Assembly: GCA_964440465.1 (NCBI GenBank)
Contig: CAYTSI010000005.1
Span: 151 to 64,150 of the forward strand
Reading direction: 5' to 3'
Source of the DNA: an uncultured Spirochaetales bacterium
GTDB taxonomy: Bacteria > Spirochaetota > Spirochaetia > SPDA01 > CAZSGZ01
Length of the DNA: 64,000 nt
Below, in pieces: positions 8,287 through 17,794 of this stretch. The notes beneath the pieces were generated by a model. That model saw only the letters and a program-made list of their open reading frames with translations, was not told where the DNA came from and did no database searches. Numbering within the stretch: position 1 is the first letter of the stretch; each line of letters begins with the position of its first letter. The translations under genes were made by a program, and so were the position numbers.

Positions 8287-8517
8287 TTGCCCCGCCGAGT
8301 CCTCTTTGGTATGATGGGACGGGAGATGGACAATACTCCAAAGAAAGCTCCGAACTGCCTGAAATGCCGTTTTTTTTCGGTTTCCTGGGACAGACGTTAC
8401 CCCCGGGCATGTTCCGTATTTGGTATTAAATCGAAGCAGCTTCCCAGCATGGAGGTATACCGGGCCACCGGGCGGCATTGTCCAATGTTTCAAAAATCCG
8501 AAAAAATAAAGGACTAA
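8287..8517 (+). CDS. Hypothetical small Cys-containing protein
   Basis: 76-aa ORF (CLKC...C...HCP); no recognisable family; start uncertain. Confidence 0.3.
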   Translation: MPRRVLFGMMGREMDNTPKKAPNCLKCRFFSVSWDRRYPRACSVFGIKSKQLPSMEVYRATGRHCPMFQKSEKIKD

Positions 8518-8533
8518 ACTGAAGGAATACATC

Positions 8534-9682
8534 ATGAATAGAGAACGAAAAAAAAGGCGGACACTAAAAAAGAGCGGGCCGATGATGTCCCGCCTGTACG
8601 GAGACACCGGCGTTAACGTTTCCGCGTTAGGTTTCGGCGGGATGCGGTTTGAGAAACCGGACGATATCGAGCATTCCGCCGAGACGGTGTTCCACGCCTT
8701 CGAGCGGGGGATTACCTATTTCGATACGGCGCCGGGGTATTTCGACGGTAAGTCGGAGGAGGCCGTCGGTACGGCGGTAAACGAGATGAAGAAAACCGGC
8801 AGGCCTTTTTATATATCCACGAAATCAAACAAGGCGGACGGTGCCGTGGTCCGGAAAGAGCTGGAAGAAAGCCTGAAGCGGCTGAATCTCGACTGTATCG
8901 ATTTTTATAACTGCTGGTACGTACTGACATTAGAGGATTGGGAAAAACGGAAAAACGGCGGGGCAGTGGAAGCAATTCTAAAGGCGCGGGACGAGGGGCT
9001 TGTCCGCTTTCCGGTATTTTCCACCCACCTTCCGGGAGACGCGGTACGTACGGTCATTGAAGAGGGATATTTCCGCGGCGTTACCCTCGGCTATTCGGCC
9101 ATCAATTTTCCCTACCGGGAAGAGGGGATACGGGCAGCCGGAGAGAACAATCTCGGTGTTGTCGTTATGAACCCCTTAGGGGGAGGAACAATTGTAAACA
9201 ATGCCGATGCCTTTCAATTTATCAAACGGGACAGCAAACAGACCGTTTTAGAGGCGGCCCTTCATTTTCTCTGGGCCCACGATGAAATTACGGTCGCGTT
9301 AGTAGGATGCAGGAACAAGTCCGATGTGGACGATGCCGCTGCCGCCGCGGCATCGTACGTACCCTATTCGGACGAAGATATCTCTAAAATAAAGAAGAAC
9401 ATTACCCGGGACTTCAACCAGCTGTGTACAAGCTGTACCTACTGTGATGTTTGTCCCGAAGACATCCCTGTCTGGAAGTTTGTGGAAACTGCAAACCATG
9501 TTATTTTAGGCTCTTCCGCGTCACTGTCCGGACGACTGAAATACTACTGGGGGGCTGATCCGACGGCCATGGAGCGGTGTATCCGGTGCGGGCAGTGTGA
9601 AAGTGCCTGCACCCAGCATATACCGATTATGGAACGGTTTGAGATGCTGAAAACAGCATTGACGGAGGAACCTACAAAGTAA
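8534..9682 (+). CDS. Aldo/keto reductase fused to C-terminal 2x[4Fe-4S] ferredoxin domain
   Basis: AKR N-terminal region (GFGGMRF..., DTAPGY) and C-terminal CTSCTYCDVCPEDIP / CIRCGQCESACTQHIP cluster motifs; GAAGGAA RBS before 8534. Confidence 0.75.
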   Translation: MNRERKKRRTLKKSGPMMSRLYGDTGVNVSALGFGGMRFEKPDDIEHSAETVFHAFERGITYFDTAPGYFDGKSEEAVGTAVNEMKKTGRPFYISTKSNKADGAVVRKELEESLKRLNLDCIDFYNCWYVLTLEDWEKRKNGGAVEAILKARDEGLVRFPVFSTHLPGDAVRTVIEEGYFRGVTLGYSAINFPYREEGIRAAGENNLGVVVMNPLGGGTIVNNADAFQFIKRDSKQTVLEAALHFLWAHDEITVALVGCRNKSDVDDAAAAAASYVPYSDEDISKIKKNITRDFNQLCTSCTYCDVCPEDIPVWKFVETANHVILGSSASLSGRLKYYWGADPTAMERCIRCGQCESACTQHIPIMERFEMLKTALTEEPTK

Positions 9683-9795
9683 CAGCGCCGAAAAATGGCT
9701 GTAGCTTTGTCTGAGTACAGATGATGTCCCCGCGTGCAGCCGAAAAGAGGATATATCCCGGAAGATTTGATAAATCACTTGCAGATTAGCCGAAA

Positions 9796-10953
9796 TTGTA
9801 TCAAAATAGAGGTATGGAAGAAAGAAAAGTATTAATAAAAGATTTCGAGAAAAAAATCCAATCCAATGAGGAAAAAATCAGGCTGCTGCTGATACAAACG
9901 GGTGAATACCTCTTTGCAAAGGCGAAAAAAGATACCCGGTCCGCGGCGCAGGATGATTATGATGCCGCGAAACGGCAGCTGGATTCCCTGGAACAATACA
10001 AGGACAGCAAAAAACGGATTCTTGCCATTCTCGAACGGCTTTCTGAGATTAAAGAAGAGATGACCAATTCCGGCGGGCAGATTGAGATCATAGAACGGGC
10101 GAATCTGCCGGTATATGAAGTCATAGGAGAAAAGGCCTACGAACACCTGCGTCATGATCCGTCCCGGTATAATCAGTACAGCGATGTATTTGTGGATGTC
10201 AATAATCAGATAGAGGACATTGAAAATATAGAAAATGACATTGAAGCAATACACGCGCAGAAAAAGCAGCGTAAATTCTTTGAAAAAATTGCGGACACCG
10301 GTCAGGTAACCTATTTAAAGGGGATCAAGATGGTCCGGGCAAAAACAATGCCCCGGCTGTACCGGGAGGCCGGGCAAAAGCTCACGGAAACCAATTTTTT
10401 GGAAACAACAGGAAACGAAGAAATCGTAAGCGCCGCCGGACCGTACCTGCAGAACAAAGAAAAATTGAAGGAACTGCATACCCGGATGGAGCATCTCTCG
10501 GAAGAGGAAAAGAGTTTAGAGTCGGAACTGATCAATTTAGGAGTGGACAAACGGGCAGACCGGCGAACGGACGAACTCGACCGGAATATTGCCGCTGCCC
10601 AGGAGAAATACACGGAAAAGCTTCTCGCGATTGCCCGGAAGGTGCGGGAAAACACCCCGGAGGCAATTGCCTCACTGTCGGACTATAAAGAATTTCTCAA
10701 AGAAATCGCGAAATGCGAAAAGCAGAATGATCAATACCGGGAAAATATTACAAAACTCAACGCGGCAATTGAGGCGGATAATTGTGCCCGCCAGCTTGAA
10801 AGAATGAATGAAAGTATCGGCGACCGCGAGCGGCGTATTCGGGAGTACGAACAGGAAATAGAAGACCTGCAAAAACGGATAGCGGAAACGGAGAAAGAGA
10901 AAAAGCGCTACGAGGAAATCAGGGGTCCTAAGGAACTGACACTTCAGTCGTAA
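9796..10953 (+). CDS. Coiled-coil protein of unknown function (alt. start ATG 9814)
   Basis: E/K/Q-rich heptad-like sequence throughout; no catalytic motifs recognised. Confidence 0.45.
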   Translation: MYQNRGMEERKVLIKDFEKKIQSNEEKIRLLLIQTGEYLFAKAKKDTRSAAQDDYDAAKRQLDSLEQYKDSKKRILAILERLSEIKEEMTNSGGQIEIIERANLPVYEVIGEKAYEHLRHDPSRYNQYSDVFVDVNNQIEDIENIENDIEAIHAQKKQRKFFEKIADTGQVTYLKGIKMVRAKTMPRLYREAGQKLTETNFLETTGNEEIVSAAGPYLQNKEKLKELHTRMEHLSEEEKSLESELINLGVDKRADRRTDELDRNIAAAQEKYTEKLLAIARKVRENTPEAIASLSDYKEFLKEIAKCEKQNDQYRENITKLNAAIEADNCARQLERMNESIGDRERRIREYEQEIEDLQKRIAETEKEKKRYEEIRGPKELTLQS

Positions 10954-10990
10954 TGTCTGCCCGCGGCATCCCATAACAACCTTCCACTGA

Positions 10991-11030
10991 CAGCCCGTTC
11001 GGATAACTCCGGCCGGGCTGCTCTTTTTTG
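10991..11030 (+). terminator. Rho-independent terminator after coiled-coil gene
   Basis: cagcccg...cgggctg stem followed by ctcttttttg. Confidence 0.5.
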
Positions 11031-11046
11031 TAAGCTGTGATAGGAT

Positions 11047-12174
11047 ATGTTCCGTATGAACCGGTTTACGATGTGCGCGGCAGCCGACTTTCACCTCGGC
11101 ATGAGGTTCTCTTCCTACCCTTCTGTGCAAAAGGAGCTGATACGGGCGAGGTTTTCCGCGCTCCGGCGGGTGGTGGACCGGGCAAATGCCGAACAATGCG
11201 CTCTTCTTGTGATAGCGGGAGATTTGTTTGATCGTATCAACATCCCGGTAAAAGAAGCGGAGGAAGTGATAGAAATTCTCGGCGGATTTCAGGGTGATTG
11301 CATTGCGGTTTTACCGGGTAACCACGATTATTTCAGCGGTGCAAAGAGCGGTGTCTGGAAAACCGTTACGGAGAATGGACCGGATAACCTCCTGCTGCTG
11401 TCGGAGAAGAAAAAATACTACCTCAATGATTTCCATTTGCCGGTTGTTTTATATGCCGGCCCATGCAGTTCTCAGCACGGACGTGAAAACGCGGTATCGT
11501 GGATCGGCCCGGCGGACCGAAAGGACAGAGAATTGTTTCATATAGGGGTAGCCCACGGCAGCATTGAGGGGATTTCCCCCGACGTAACCAAGCAGTATTT
11601 CCCGATGAACAGGAAGCAGCTGGAGTCCGCCGGTCTCGATTTGTGGATTATCGGGCACACCCATATACCCTTCCCGGAGCGGGAGGAAACGGTATCGCCT
11701 TTTATTATACCCGGCACACCCGAACCGGACGGTTTTGATTCCGGCGGGGACGGAGCTGCTTGGATTATTTCGGTAAATGATAACAAGGCGGTACACAAGA
11801 AGCGGTTTACTGCCGGCTCATACCGTTTTACGCGGCAGATAAAGGAAATACACTCCGCCGGGGACATTGAGGAGGCGGTCCGTGAAATGAGCGGAACGGC
11901 CGGTCCTTCCGTTCTCCTGCAGCTGAAACTGCGGGGCACTCTTGTGAAGGGCGATTTTCCCCTTTTAGGTCCGGCAATGGAAGAATTGGCACAGCGGTTT
12001 TTTTATACGGATATTGATACGGAAAGCGTGAAAACAAAGCTGACCCCCGGAGAAATCGGCAATGAATTCCGGGAAGGGACCTTTCCCTATATTCTTCTTT
12101 CCCGTCTCTCCGAGTACGGCGATACCGAGGCGCTCGAGCGGGCTTACAGGATCCTAGAGGAGATGAGGAAATGA
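11047..12174 (+). CDS. sbcD: SbcD/Mre11-like calcineurin-family metallophosphoesterase (DNA repair exonuclease, YhaO-like)
   Basis: Phosphoesterase motifs AAADFHLG, VIAGDLFD, LPGNHD, GHTH; overlaps downstream ATPase gene by 4 bp. Confidence 0.7.
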   Translation: MFRMNRFTMCAAADFHLGMRFSSYPSVQKELIRARFSALRRVVDRANAEQCALLVIAGDLFDRINIPVKEAEEVIEILGGFQGDCIAVLPGNHDYFSGAKSGVWKTVTENGPDNLLLLSEKKKYYLNDFHLPVVLYAGPCSSQHGRENAVSWIGPADRKDRELFHIGVAHGSIEGISPDVTKQYFPMNRKQLESAGLDLWIIGHTHIPFPEREETVSPFIIPGTPEPDGFDSGGDGAAWIISVNDNKAVHKKRFTAGSYRFTRQIKEIHSAGDIEEAVREMSGTAGPSVLLQLKLRGTLVKGDFPLLGPAMEELAQRFFYTDIDTESVKTKLTPGEIGNEFREGTFPYILLSRLSEYGDTEALERAYRILEEMRK

Positions 12175-14651
12175 TCATCCGGGACCTGCACATTCATACC
12201 TTCGGGGACTTTCAGGATGTCCGGCTGCAGTTTGCAGACGGGTGTAATATTGTCCTTGGTGAAAATGAAGCGGGTAAGTCAACGGTTTTCAATGTAATCG
12301 ATCATCTGCTGTTTACTCCCGTCAAGCTGACGAAGCGTGAAATGGAAAAAAGCTTGAATCGATGGTTTCCCGTTGGAGGCGGGGATACGTTGAGCGCGGA
12401 ATTATCTGCCGAACTCGGGGACAGAGCTGTTCGGTACTTCAAGTGCTGGGGCGGGAATCCGGAAGGAACAATTCGATTTTCACCGGGAGGGACCTATTCG
12501 GGCGATGATGCCCTCGCTGCGGAAACGGAAAAATTGTGGGGATACTCTCCGGAGACGGTGCGGCAGGTTTGCCTGCTGCGGCAGAGTACCCTCGCGGATA
12601 CGCTGCCTTCCTACCAGAATTCGAAGGAGGTATTGCAGTCTCTTACCGACATCCTGCAAAATTCTTTAATAGAAGGCGGCGGTATTTCCACCTCCGGTTT
12701 TATTGAAACTCTCCGGGACCGGTACAGCTTGTTTTTTTCAAGATGGGACAGAGACCGGAACTATCCGGAAAAAAACAGAGGGATTGAAAATCCATGGTCG
12801 GTAAACGTGGGTACGGTTTTGAAATGGTGGTATGAAATGAAGCGGGCCGAGTTAGAGGTCCGGCGGGTAGAGCAGCTGGAAGACTCAATATGTTTACTGC
12901 AGAGCAGCCAAAAAGAAAAAAAGAAGGAAACGGCAGCTCTCGAGTCGTTTCTTTCTGCCTTTGAGACAGTCTACAACACTGCCGGAGACAGAAAAAGCCT
13001 GGAATTGGAACTGCGGGAAATTATCGGTACGATGGAGCGGATAAAGAAAGACAGTCAATCCTGGGGACGGGGGAGGGATGGTCTTGAACAGGCGCTCCGG
13101 GAGCGGAAAGAAGGGAACGAAGAACTTGGAAAGCTCCGCGGGCGGATCGAAAGCAGGGATGAAGTAACGGCGAAACGGAAACGGTTCGAAAAATATCGTC
13201 GGCTGCTGGAGGTGAAAACAAAACTCGACGCCCTGGAGGCAAAGCTCAGAGAACAGCCGGCAATACCGGAAAAGGATTTGCAGGCACTCCGTGAATCAAG
13301 GTTGGCAATTCGGGAAAGTGAGGTGAAACTGCAGTCCGGAACACTCTTTGCACAGCTGACCGCGAAGAAAAATATCAGTTTTTCCTATACTCCCGGATTG
13401 GGCACTGAAAAGCGGCGTGACCTTATGGCAGGGAATTCGCTTGAAATAACGGCGGAAGGGAAAATTCGGCTGAGCCACGAAGACTGGGAGCTGGATGTTT
13501 ATTCGGGAAACGAAGATTACGAAACCGTCAAAAAGGAGCTGGAGGCAGGCAAAAAAGAGTTTAACGCTCTCTGTGAGAAGTACGGTGTTGTTTCCGTCGA
13601 GGAAGGAGAAGCACAGCGGAAGGTTTATACTGATCTGGAAGGGGAAACGGCACGGGCGCGGAAACAATTTTCCGAGGAACGCGGAGAGGACTCTTTTGAA
13701 GCCCTGAAGAAGGAAGTCGAAAGTTTTGGGGCCCTTCCTGAGGAAACCGACAGTACCGAGCTGGGAAGAGAATACGGTTCTCTCAATGAACGGCTTGCCG
13801 CGCTTGAAAAAACAATACAGGAACATCGGGAACGGTTGTCGTATTTGGAAGAGACATATGGGACGGAGGAAAAGCTTCTGGACATGCTCGCGGACCTCCG
13901 CGGCCGGCAGCGGGACTTGGAGAAACAAGTGGCTGCTCTTCCGGAAATTCCTGACCCCTTCGAAACGGCGGAAGAATTTCTTGAGGCATACAGGGAAAAA
14001 CAAAGAAAAAGGGAGACGCTCCGTCAGGAAATATTTGAGTTAGATAAGGCGGCCGCCCTTGCGGTAAAAGACCTCCCGGACATCTCCCTCGAGGAGCTCG
14101 AAGCGGACGCTGAAGCCGCGCGGCGGCGTTTTCAATCCGCGCTTTCGGAGGGGGAGACAATCGGCCGGATTCTCGAGACAGCGCTGCGGATCCAAAAAGA
14201 AATTCAGGAGAACCCCTATACCGCCTTTATGGAGGCGGCGGAAGCAAACCTTAAAAAAATGACCGGGCAGAGGCTGCAGTATAAAAGCAGATCAGGCGGG
14301 GGGGACGGTCAGGCAGCGGCCCCTTTTCACGGTGATGTTAGAAACAGCCGGGGAGAAATTCTGGCGTACGGACAGCTTTCAGGCGGAACGAAAGACGCGG
14401 TTTCTCTAGCCGTCCGGCTGGCAATGGCGGAGTATTATCTGAAAAATAAAGCAGGGTTTCTCCTCTTTGATGATCCCCTAGTGGAAATGGACCCGCGGCG
14501 CCAGAAGGCCGCCGCCGAACTGCTTTCCGAAACCGCCCGGCGCTACCAGTCGATAATCTTTACCTGTCATCCCCACATGCGCGATTTATTCCCGAATGCC
14601 AATGTAATTGAGCTGCATCGGGACGGGGAACGGAGGCGTGTTAAATTTTAA
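12171..14651 (+). CDS. sbcC: SbcC/Rad50-like ABC ATPase with long coiled coil (YhaN-like)
   Basis: Walker A GENEAGKST near N-terminus, ~600 aa coiled-coil, C-terminal LSGGTKDAVSLA signature and LLFDDPLVEMD Walker B/D-loop. Confidence 0.75.
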   Translation: MIIRDLHIHTFGDFQDVRLQFADGCNIVLGENEAGKSTVFNVIDHLLFTPVKLTKREMEKSLNRWFPVGGGDTLSAELSAELGDRAVRYFKCWGGNPEGTIRFSPGGTYSGDDALAAETEKLWGYSPETVRQVCLLRQSTLADTLPSYQNSKEVLQSLTDILQNSLIEGGGISTSGFIETLRDRYSLFFSRWDRDRNYPEKNRGIENPWSVNVGTVLKWWYEMKRAELEVRRVEQLEDSICLLQSSQKEKKKETAALESFLSAFETVYNTAGDRKSLELELREIIGTMERIKKDSQSWGRGRDGLEQALRERKEGNEELGKLRGRIESRDEVTAKRKRFEKYRRLLEVKTKLDALEAKLREQPAIPEKDLQALRESRLAIRESEVKLQSGTLFAQLTAKKNISFSYTPGLGTEKRRDLMAGNSLEITAEGKIRLSHEDWELDVYSGNEDYETVKKELEAGKKEFNALCEKYGVVSVEEGEAQRKVYTDLEGETARARKQFSEERGEDSFEALKKEVESFGALPEETDSTELGREYGSLNERLAALEKTIQEHRERLSYLEETYGTEEKLLDMLADLRGRQRDLEKQVAALPEIPDPFETAEEFLEAYREKQRKRETLRQEIFELDKAAALAVKDLPDISLEELEADAEAARRRFQSALSEGETIGRILETALRIQKEIQENPYTAFMEAAEANLKKMTGQRLQYKSRSGGGDGQAAAPFHGDVRNSRGEILAYGQLSGGTKDAVSLAVRLAMAEYYLKNKAGFLLFDDPLVEMDPRRQKAAAELLSETARRYQSIIFTCHPHMRDLFPNANVIELHRDGERRRVKF

Positions 14652-14667
14652 GGCACCCGCGAAAGAA

Positions 14668-15645
14668 TTATGAATCGAAGCTGTATTCCCCGCGCCATGA
14701 AACAATGTATTCCCAGACATTTCCCCGCGGCGGCCGTACCGATCCTCCTGTGCCGGGGTCGTACGTCCACGTTCCCGTAATCCCCTTTTCCGCGGCGGCG
14801 GCTTCGAAATGATACATTGCAATTCCCGTATCGATCCGCTGTAGGTCAATGTGCTTCCTGAAAAGCCCGTAAGCTCTGTCCCTTTGCAGAAAAAAATGCA
14901 CCAGGTTCTCCGCTTTCCCGCTGCCCCGGAAGGTGATTATCAGCCGCCATGGCTGCTTGTTTGATGCCGAGGGAGCAAGTCGCACGCATTCGAGAATGAT
15001 CTTTGTTTTTTCGGAAACTTCACTGGGTTGCAGAGGTTTGAGGGGGACAGAGCTGCAGGTAACGAAAAACAGTTTTTCCCACGGTTTCCGGCGTTTCGAT
15101 CCCGCGGCAAATCTGATGAAGCGTGCAGCCGGCCGCCTACGTTCCGCCGGATATCCCACAGGTGTTATTGCAGGGATAATTTCGTTGTCTGGAAGATTGA
15201 GGTATTCTGAAAGTTTCCCGCGCTGAAAAGTTCCCCCGAGCCAGCAGGTCCCGAGGCCGAGATTCGTCAACTGCAGGATAATATGTTCAAAGGTGTAGCC
15301 GAGGTCCGTCATTTTCTGAGGGACAGAGCTGCCTTTTGAGGAATTTTCTATGTTTCGCTTCCGATTTGCAGTGTCCGCCGCGACTGATTTTTCTGTAACT
15401 GTAACAATGCCCGCGGCAAAAAGGCGTGCCCCTCGTATAAAACCGTAAGTACCAAGTGAGCTCCGCCACTCCTCCGGCATACCGGATAGGTCAATCAGCG
15501 TAAACCGGATGCGCGATCCGAACGGCGGGACAGCACCGGGATGTACGATGAGTTTTTCAATTTTATTTACCAGTTCCGGTTCGCAATGCCGCCCAGAATA
15601 AGAGCGGATCGACCTTCTCCGAAGTATTGTATCGTGTATCGTCAT
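14668..15645 (-). CDS. Nitroreductase-family protein (start taken at MTIHDTILRRRSIRSY)
   Basis: N-terminal ILRRRSIRSY nitroreductase motif; larger than typical, may be tandem-domain. Track ORF extends to 15723. Confidence 0.6.
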   Translation of the reverse strand: MTIHDTILRRRSIRSYSGRHCEPELVNKIEKLIVHPGAVPPFGSRIRFTLIDLSGMPEEWRSSLGTYGFIRGARLFAAGIVTVTEKSVAADTANRKRNIENSSKGSSVPQKMTDLGYTFEHIILQLTNLGLGTCWLGGTFQRGKLSEYLNLPDNEIIPAITPVGYPAERRRPAARFIRFAAGSKRRKPWEKLFFVTCSSVPLKPLQPSEVSEKTKIILECVRLAPSASNKQPWRLIITFRGSGKAENLVHFFLQRDRAYGLFRKHIDLQRIDTGIAMYHFEAAAAEKGITGTWTYDPGTGGSVRPPRGNVWEYIVSWRGEYSFDS

Positions 15646-15836
15646 CGTCTCTTGTCGAGGGTAATTATATTCACAGGTAGGAGAATACTCTAATTGGGAG
15701 TCTACTTCTATGGGCGACCTCAAGTTTTCCCTTACTGGTCTGGAGATGTAAAGCGTTTAGGAAAATCAGCTACTTACTCTTAATGCTCCGTCCCTCATCA
15801 ACAGCACCGGTTATCGCTCACCGGTATTCGGCATTA

Positions 15837-16343
15837 TCAGCGTAACTTCATCCAAACCCGCCGCAGGAAATCATTAGGCGGCCGCTCTAATATGTCCAGC
15901 TGTCCCTTATAGATCAAACTCATGCCGCTGTATTTATAGTCTGTCGCGTATTGGACCATTTTGGCGCGAACTGGGTTATTGGCTATATAAACAAATGTGG
16001 CAAGATATTGCAGGAAACTGTGAATTATTTTGCTTTTAAACCGCTCGTTCCATACATGGCCGGTTAGCCCAAATGTTTTATTATACTGCATCGCGAAAAC
16101 GCTTAAAACCCATTGCATAATGGCCGATAAGCTCTCATTATTCAGCGGTTTTATGATGAAATGGTAATGGTTTCCCATTATACAGAAGTTTTTGATAGTG
16201 AAGCGGTATTTTTTTTTTGCCCTTCTGATGACTTCCATAAACATTTCTTGTATTTCCGGTGTTTTGAATATTACTTCTTTGCGGTTCACTCTGGAAACTA
16301 CGTGATAACTTGCCCCATACTGTAATTGCCTTGGTTTTCTCAT
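15837..16343 (-). CDS. IS200/IS605-family HUH Y1 transposase homolog, possibly a REP-associated tyrosine transposase (RAYT)
   Basis: 168 aa; HUH motif GNHYHFII; YHVVSRVNRKEVIF N-terminal motif; VWNERFKSKIIHSF...YIANNPVRAKMV C-terminal similarity to IS200 TnpA/RAYT. No obvious IS ends identified. Confidence 0.6.
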   Translation of the reverse strand: MRKPRQLQYGASYHVVSRVNRKEVIFKTPEIQEMFMEVIRRAKKKYRFTIKNFCIMGNHYHFIIKPLNNESLSAIMQWVLSVFAMQYNKTFGLTGHVWNERFKSKIIHSFLQYLATFVYIANNPVRAKMVQYATDYKYSGMSLIYKGQLDILERPPNDFLRRVWMKLR

Positions 16344-16464
16344 TCTTTACCCCCTCGAATAGTCGGTATTTTTTTTTGCCTATACTTAATAAGAAGGGGT
16401 AAATAGGATTGCTGATTTTAAAATTCGGTCATTTTTTTTATTTTTTTTGCTCTGTCCCCATCTT

Positions 16465-17661
16465 TTAGCTTTTTAACCGCTTGAGAAGTTCCCGGGCGAC
16501 AGCTGTCTCAACTTTATCCTCTGTCCCTAGCCCGCATACAGTACGGACCATGTGTTCATGTCCGTTTGCGGCCAGTTCTTCAGCGAACTGCTTGTCCCCT
16601 GGGAAAAGAATGCCGTTTTCGTCGGATCCGCGGAATGCAAACCCGGCGGCGGCTGCCTCGGCAATTGCGCTATAGGGAAGCCCGTGGGTTTCGGCTAAAA
16701 GCATTGCTCCGACCAGCCTATCGTCTTTGGCAAGTTTCCGTTGAAGGTCCCGGCCGACCCGGAAAATGGTATCACCCAATGCTTTATTTCGGAACCTGTT
16801 TAGAAGGTCGCCAATGTGTTCTCGGAGCGCGTCCAGAGAGAGATCGGCCGGGTACGCGGCGTGAAGGGCTTCTCCTGACTGTTCCATTGCTTTTTGTACT
16901 TTATCCTTAATTTCCGGAAGCTCAAGGGGTTCCCAGATGTAGGTAAACCCGGGTTCCTTACGATATCCGATATACGCCGCCGCCGCGTGACCCATATTAT
17001 GAATGAACAGTTTCCTGTCTACGTAGGCGGTTATATTTTCCACTGCTTTTATCTCGGGGAAATCCGGCACTTCTCGGACAAATCCGTGTTTATCAAGGAT
17101 AAGCGTATTGTATTCTTCCGAGAATACCCACAGTGGATCTTCGTTTTTGTCTTCCTCCCGCATAATCGGTACCATTTTCCCAATACTCGTTTCAACCAGG
17201 CCCACTGTTTTCTGAATGGGGAAGCCGGGAGGTAGATATTTCTGCAGTTCCCTTCTAAAAAAAGCAGCTCCGTCCCTCATATTTTCAGCAATAATGATGT
17301 CGATTTTTGCCGCTTCCGTCCGCATTTTTATCCCTTCGGCAATAACGGGGATTATATGCGGTAAGACCCCCTTCCCAACAGACGTGGCAATGTACGCCGC
17401 TTTGGAAATTTCTTCCGCTACTGCAGCTCTGTCCCTGCCGTCGACGGCTCGGACACCGGTAACGAAGACCTCTTCATCTTCCTGATTGTTCCGTTTAATA
17501 ATGACACGATAGGAGTTCCTGCTGTTCAACTCCCGTATCAGCGTTTCATCAATATCGACAAAGACAACCTCATAACCGTTGCCTGCAAACACCTTCCCGA
17601 TAAATGATCTGCCGATATTTCCGGCACCGAACTGCACTAGTTTTTTCTGTTTTTCCTGCAT
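16465..17661 (-). CDS. mtlD: Mannitol-1-phosphate 5-dehydrogenase
   Basis: KLVQFGAGNIGRSFIG N-terminal Rossmann motif and overall collinearity with E. coli MtlD (~380 aa). Confidence 0.8.
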   Translation of the reverse strand: MQEKQKKLVQFGAGNIGRSFIGKVFAGNGYEVVFVDIDETLIRELNSRNSYRVIIKRNNQEDEEVFVTGVRAVDGRDRAAVAEEISKAAYIATSVGKGVLPHIIPVIAEGIKMRTEAAKIDIIIAENMRDGAAFFRRELQKYLPPGFPIQKTVGLVETSIGKMVPIMREEDKNEDPLWVFSEEYNTLILDKHGFVREVPDFPEIKAVENITAYVDRKLFIHNMGHAAAAYIGYRKEPGFTYIWEPLELPEIKDKVQKAMEQSGEALHAAYPADLSLDALREHIGDLLNRFRNKALGDTIFRVGRDLQRKLAKDDRLVGAMLLAETHGLPYSAIAEAAAAGFAFRGSDENGILFPGDKQFAEELAANGHEHMVRTVCGLGTEDKVETAVARELLKRLKS

Positions 17662-17748
17662 ACCCTATTATAAAGTGTTCGTGTACTCCGATACAAGCCG
17701 AGCGGGAGAGCCTGTCCTTGCCTCCGAAGGCCTTCAGTGCTCTGTCCC

Positions 17749-17774
17749 CGGAATTGCCGGAATTGCGGAATTGA
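17749..17774. repeat. 9-bp tandem repeat CGGAATTGC x ~3 in divergent promoter region between mtlD and kinase gene
   Basis: cggaattgc cggaattgc ggaattga, 20 bp upstream of ATG 17795. Confidence 0.5.
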
Positions 17775-17794
17775 ACTGTCTGCCATTGCACTAG

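Noticed and set aside
13296-14003. 235-aa minus-strand ORF inside sbcC-like gene, and many other internal antisense ORFs in the track (e.g. 5045..5602, 38672..39340, 48768..49484, 57634..58482)
   Set aside because: All overlap confidently assigned genes on the opposite strand and lack recognisable motifs.
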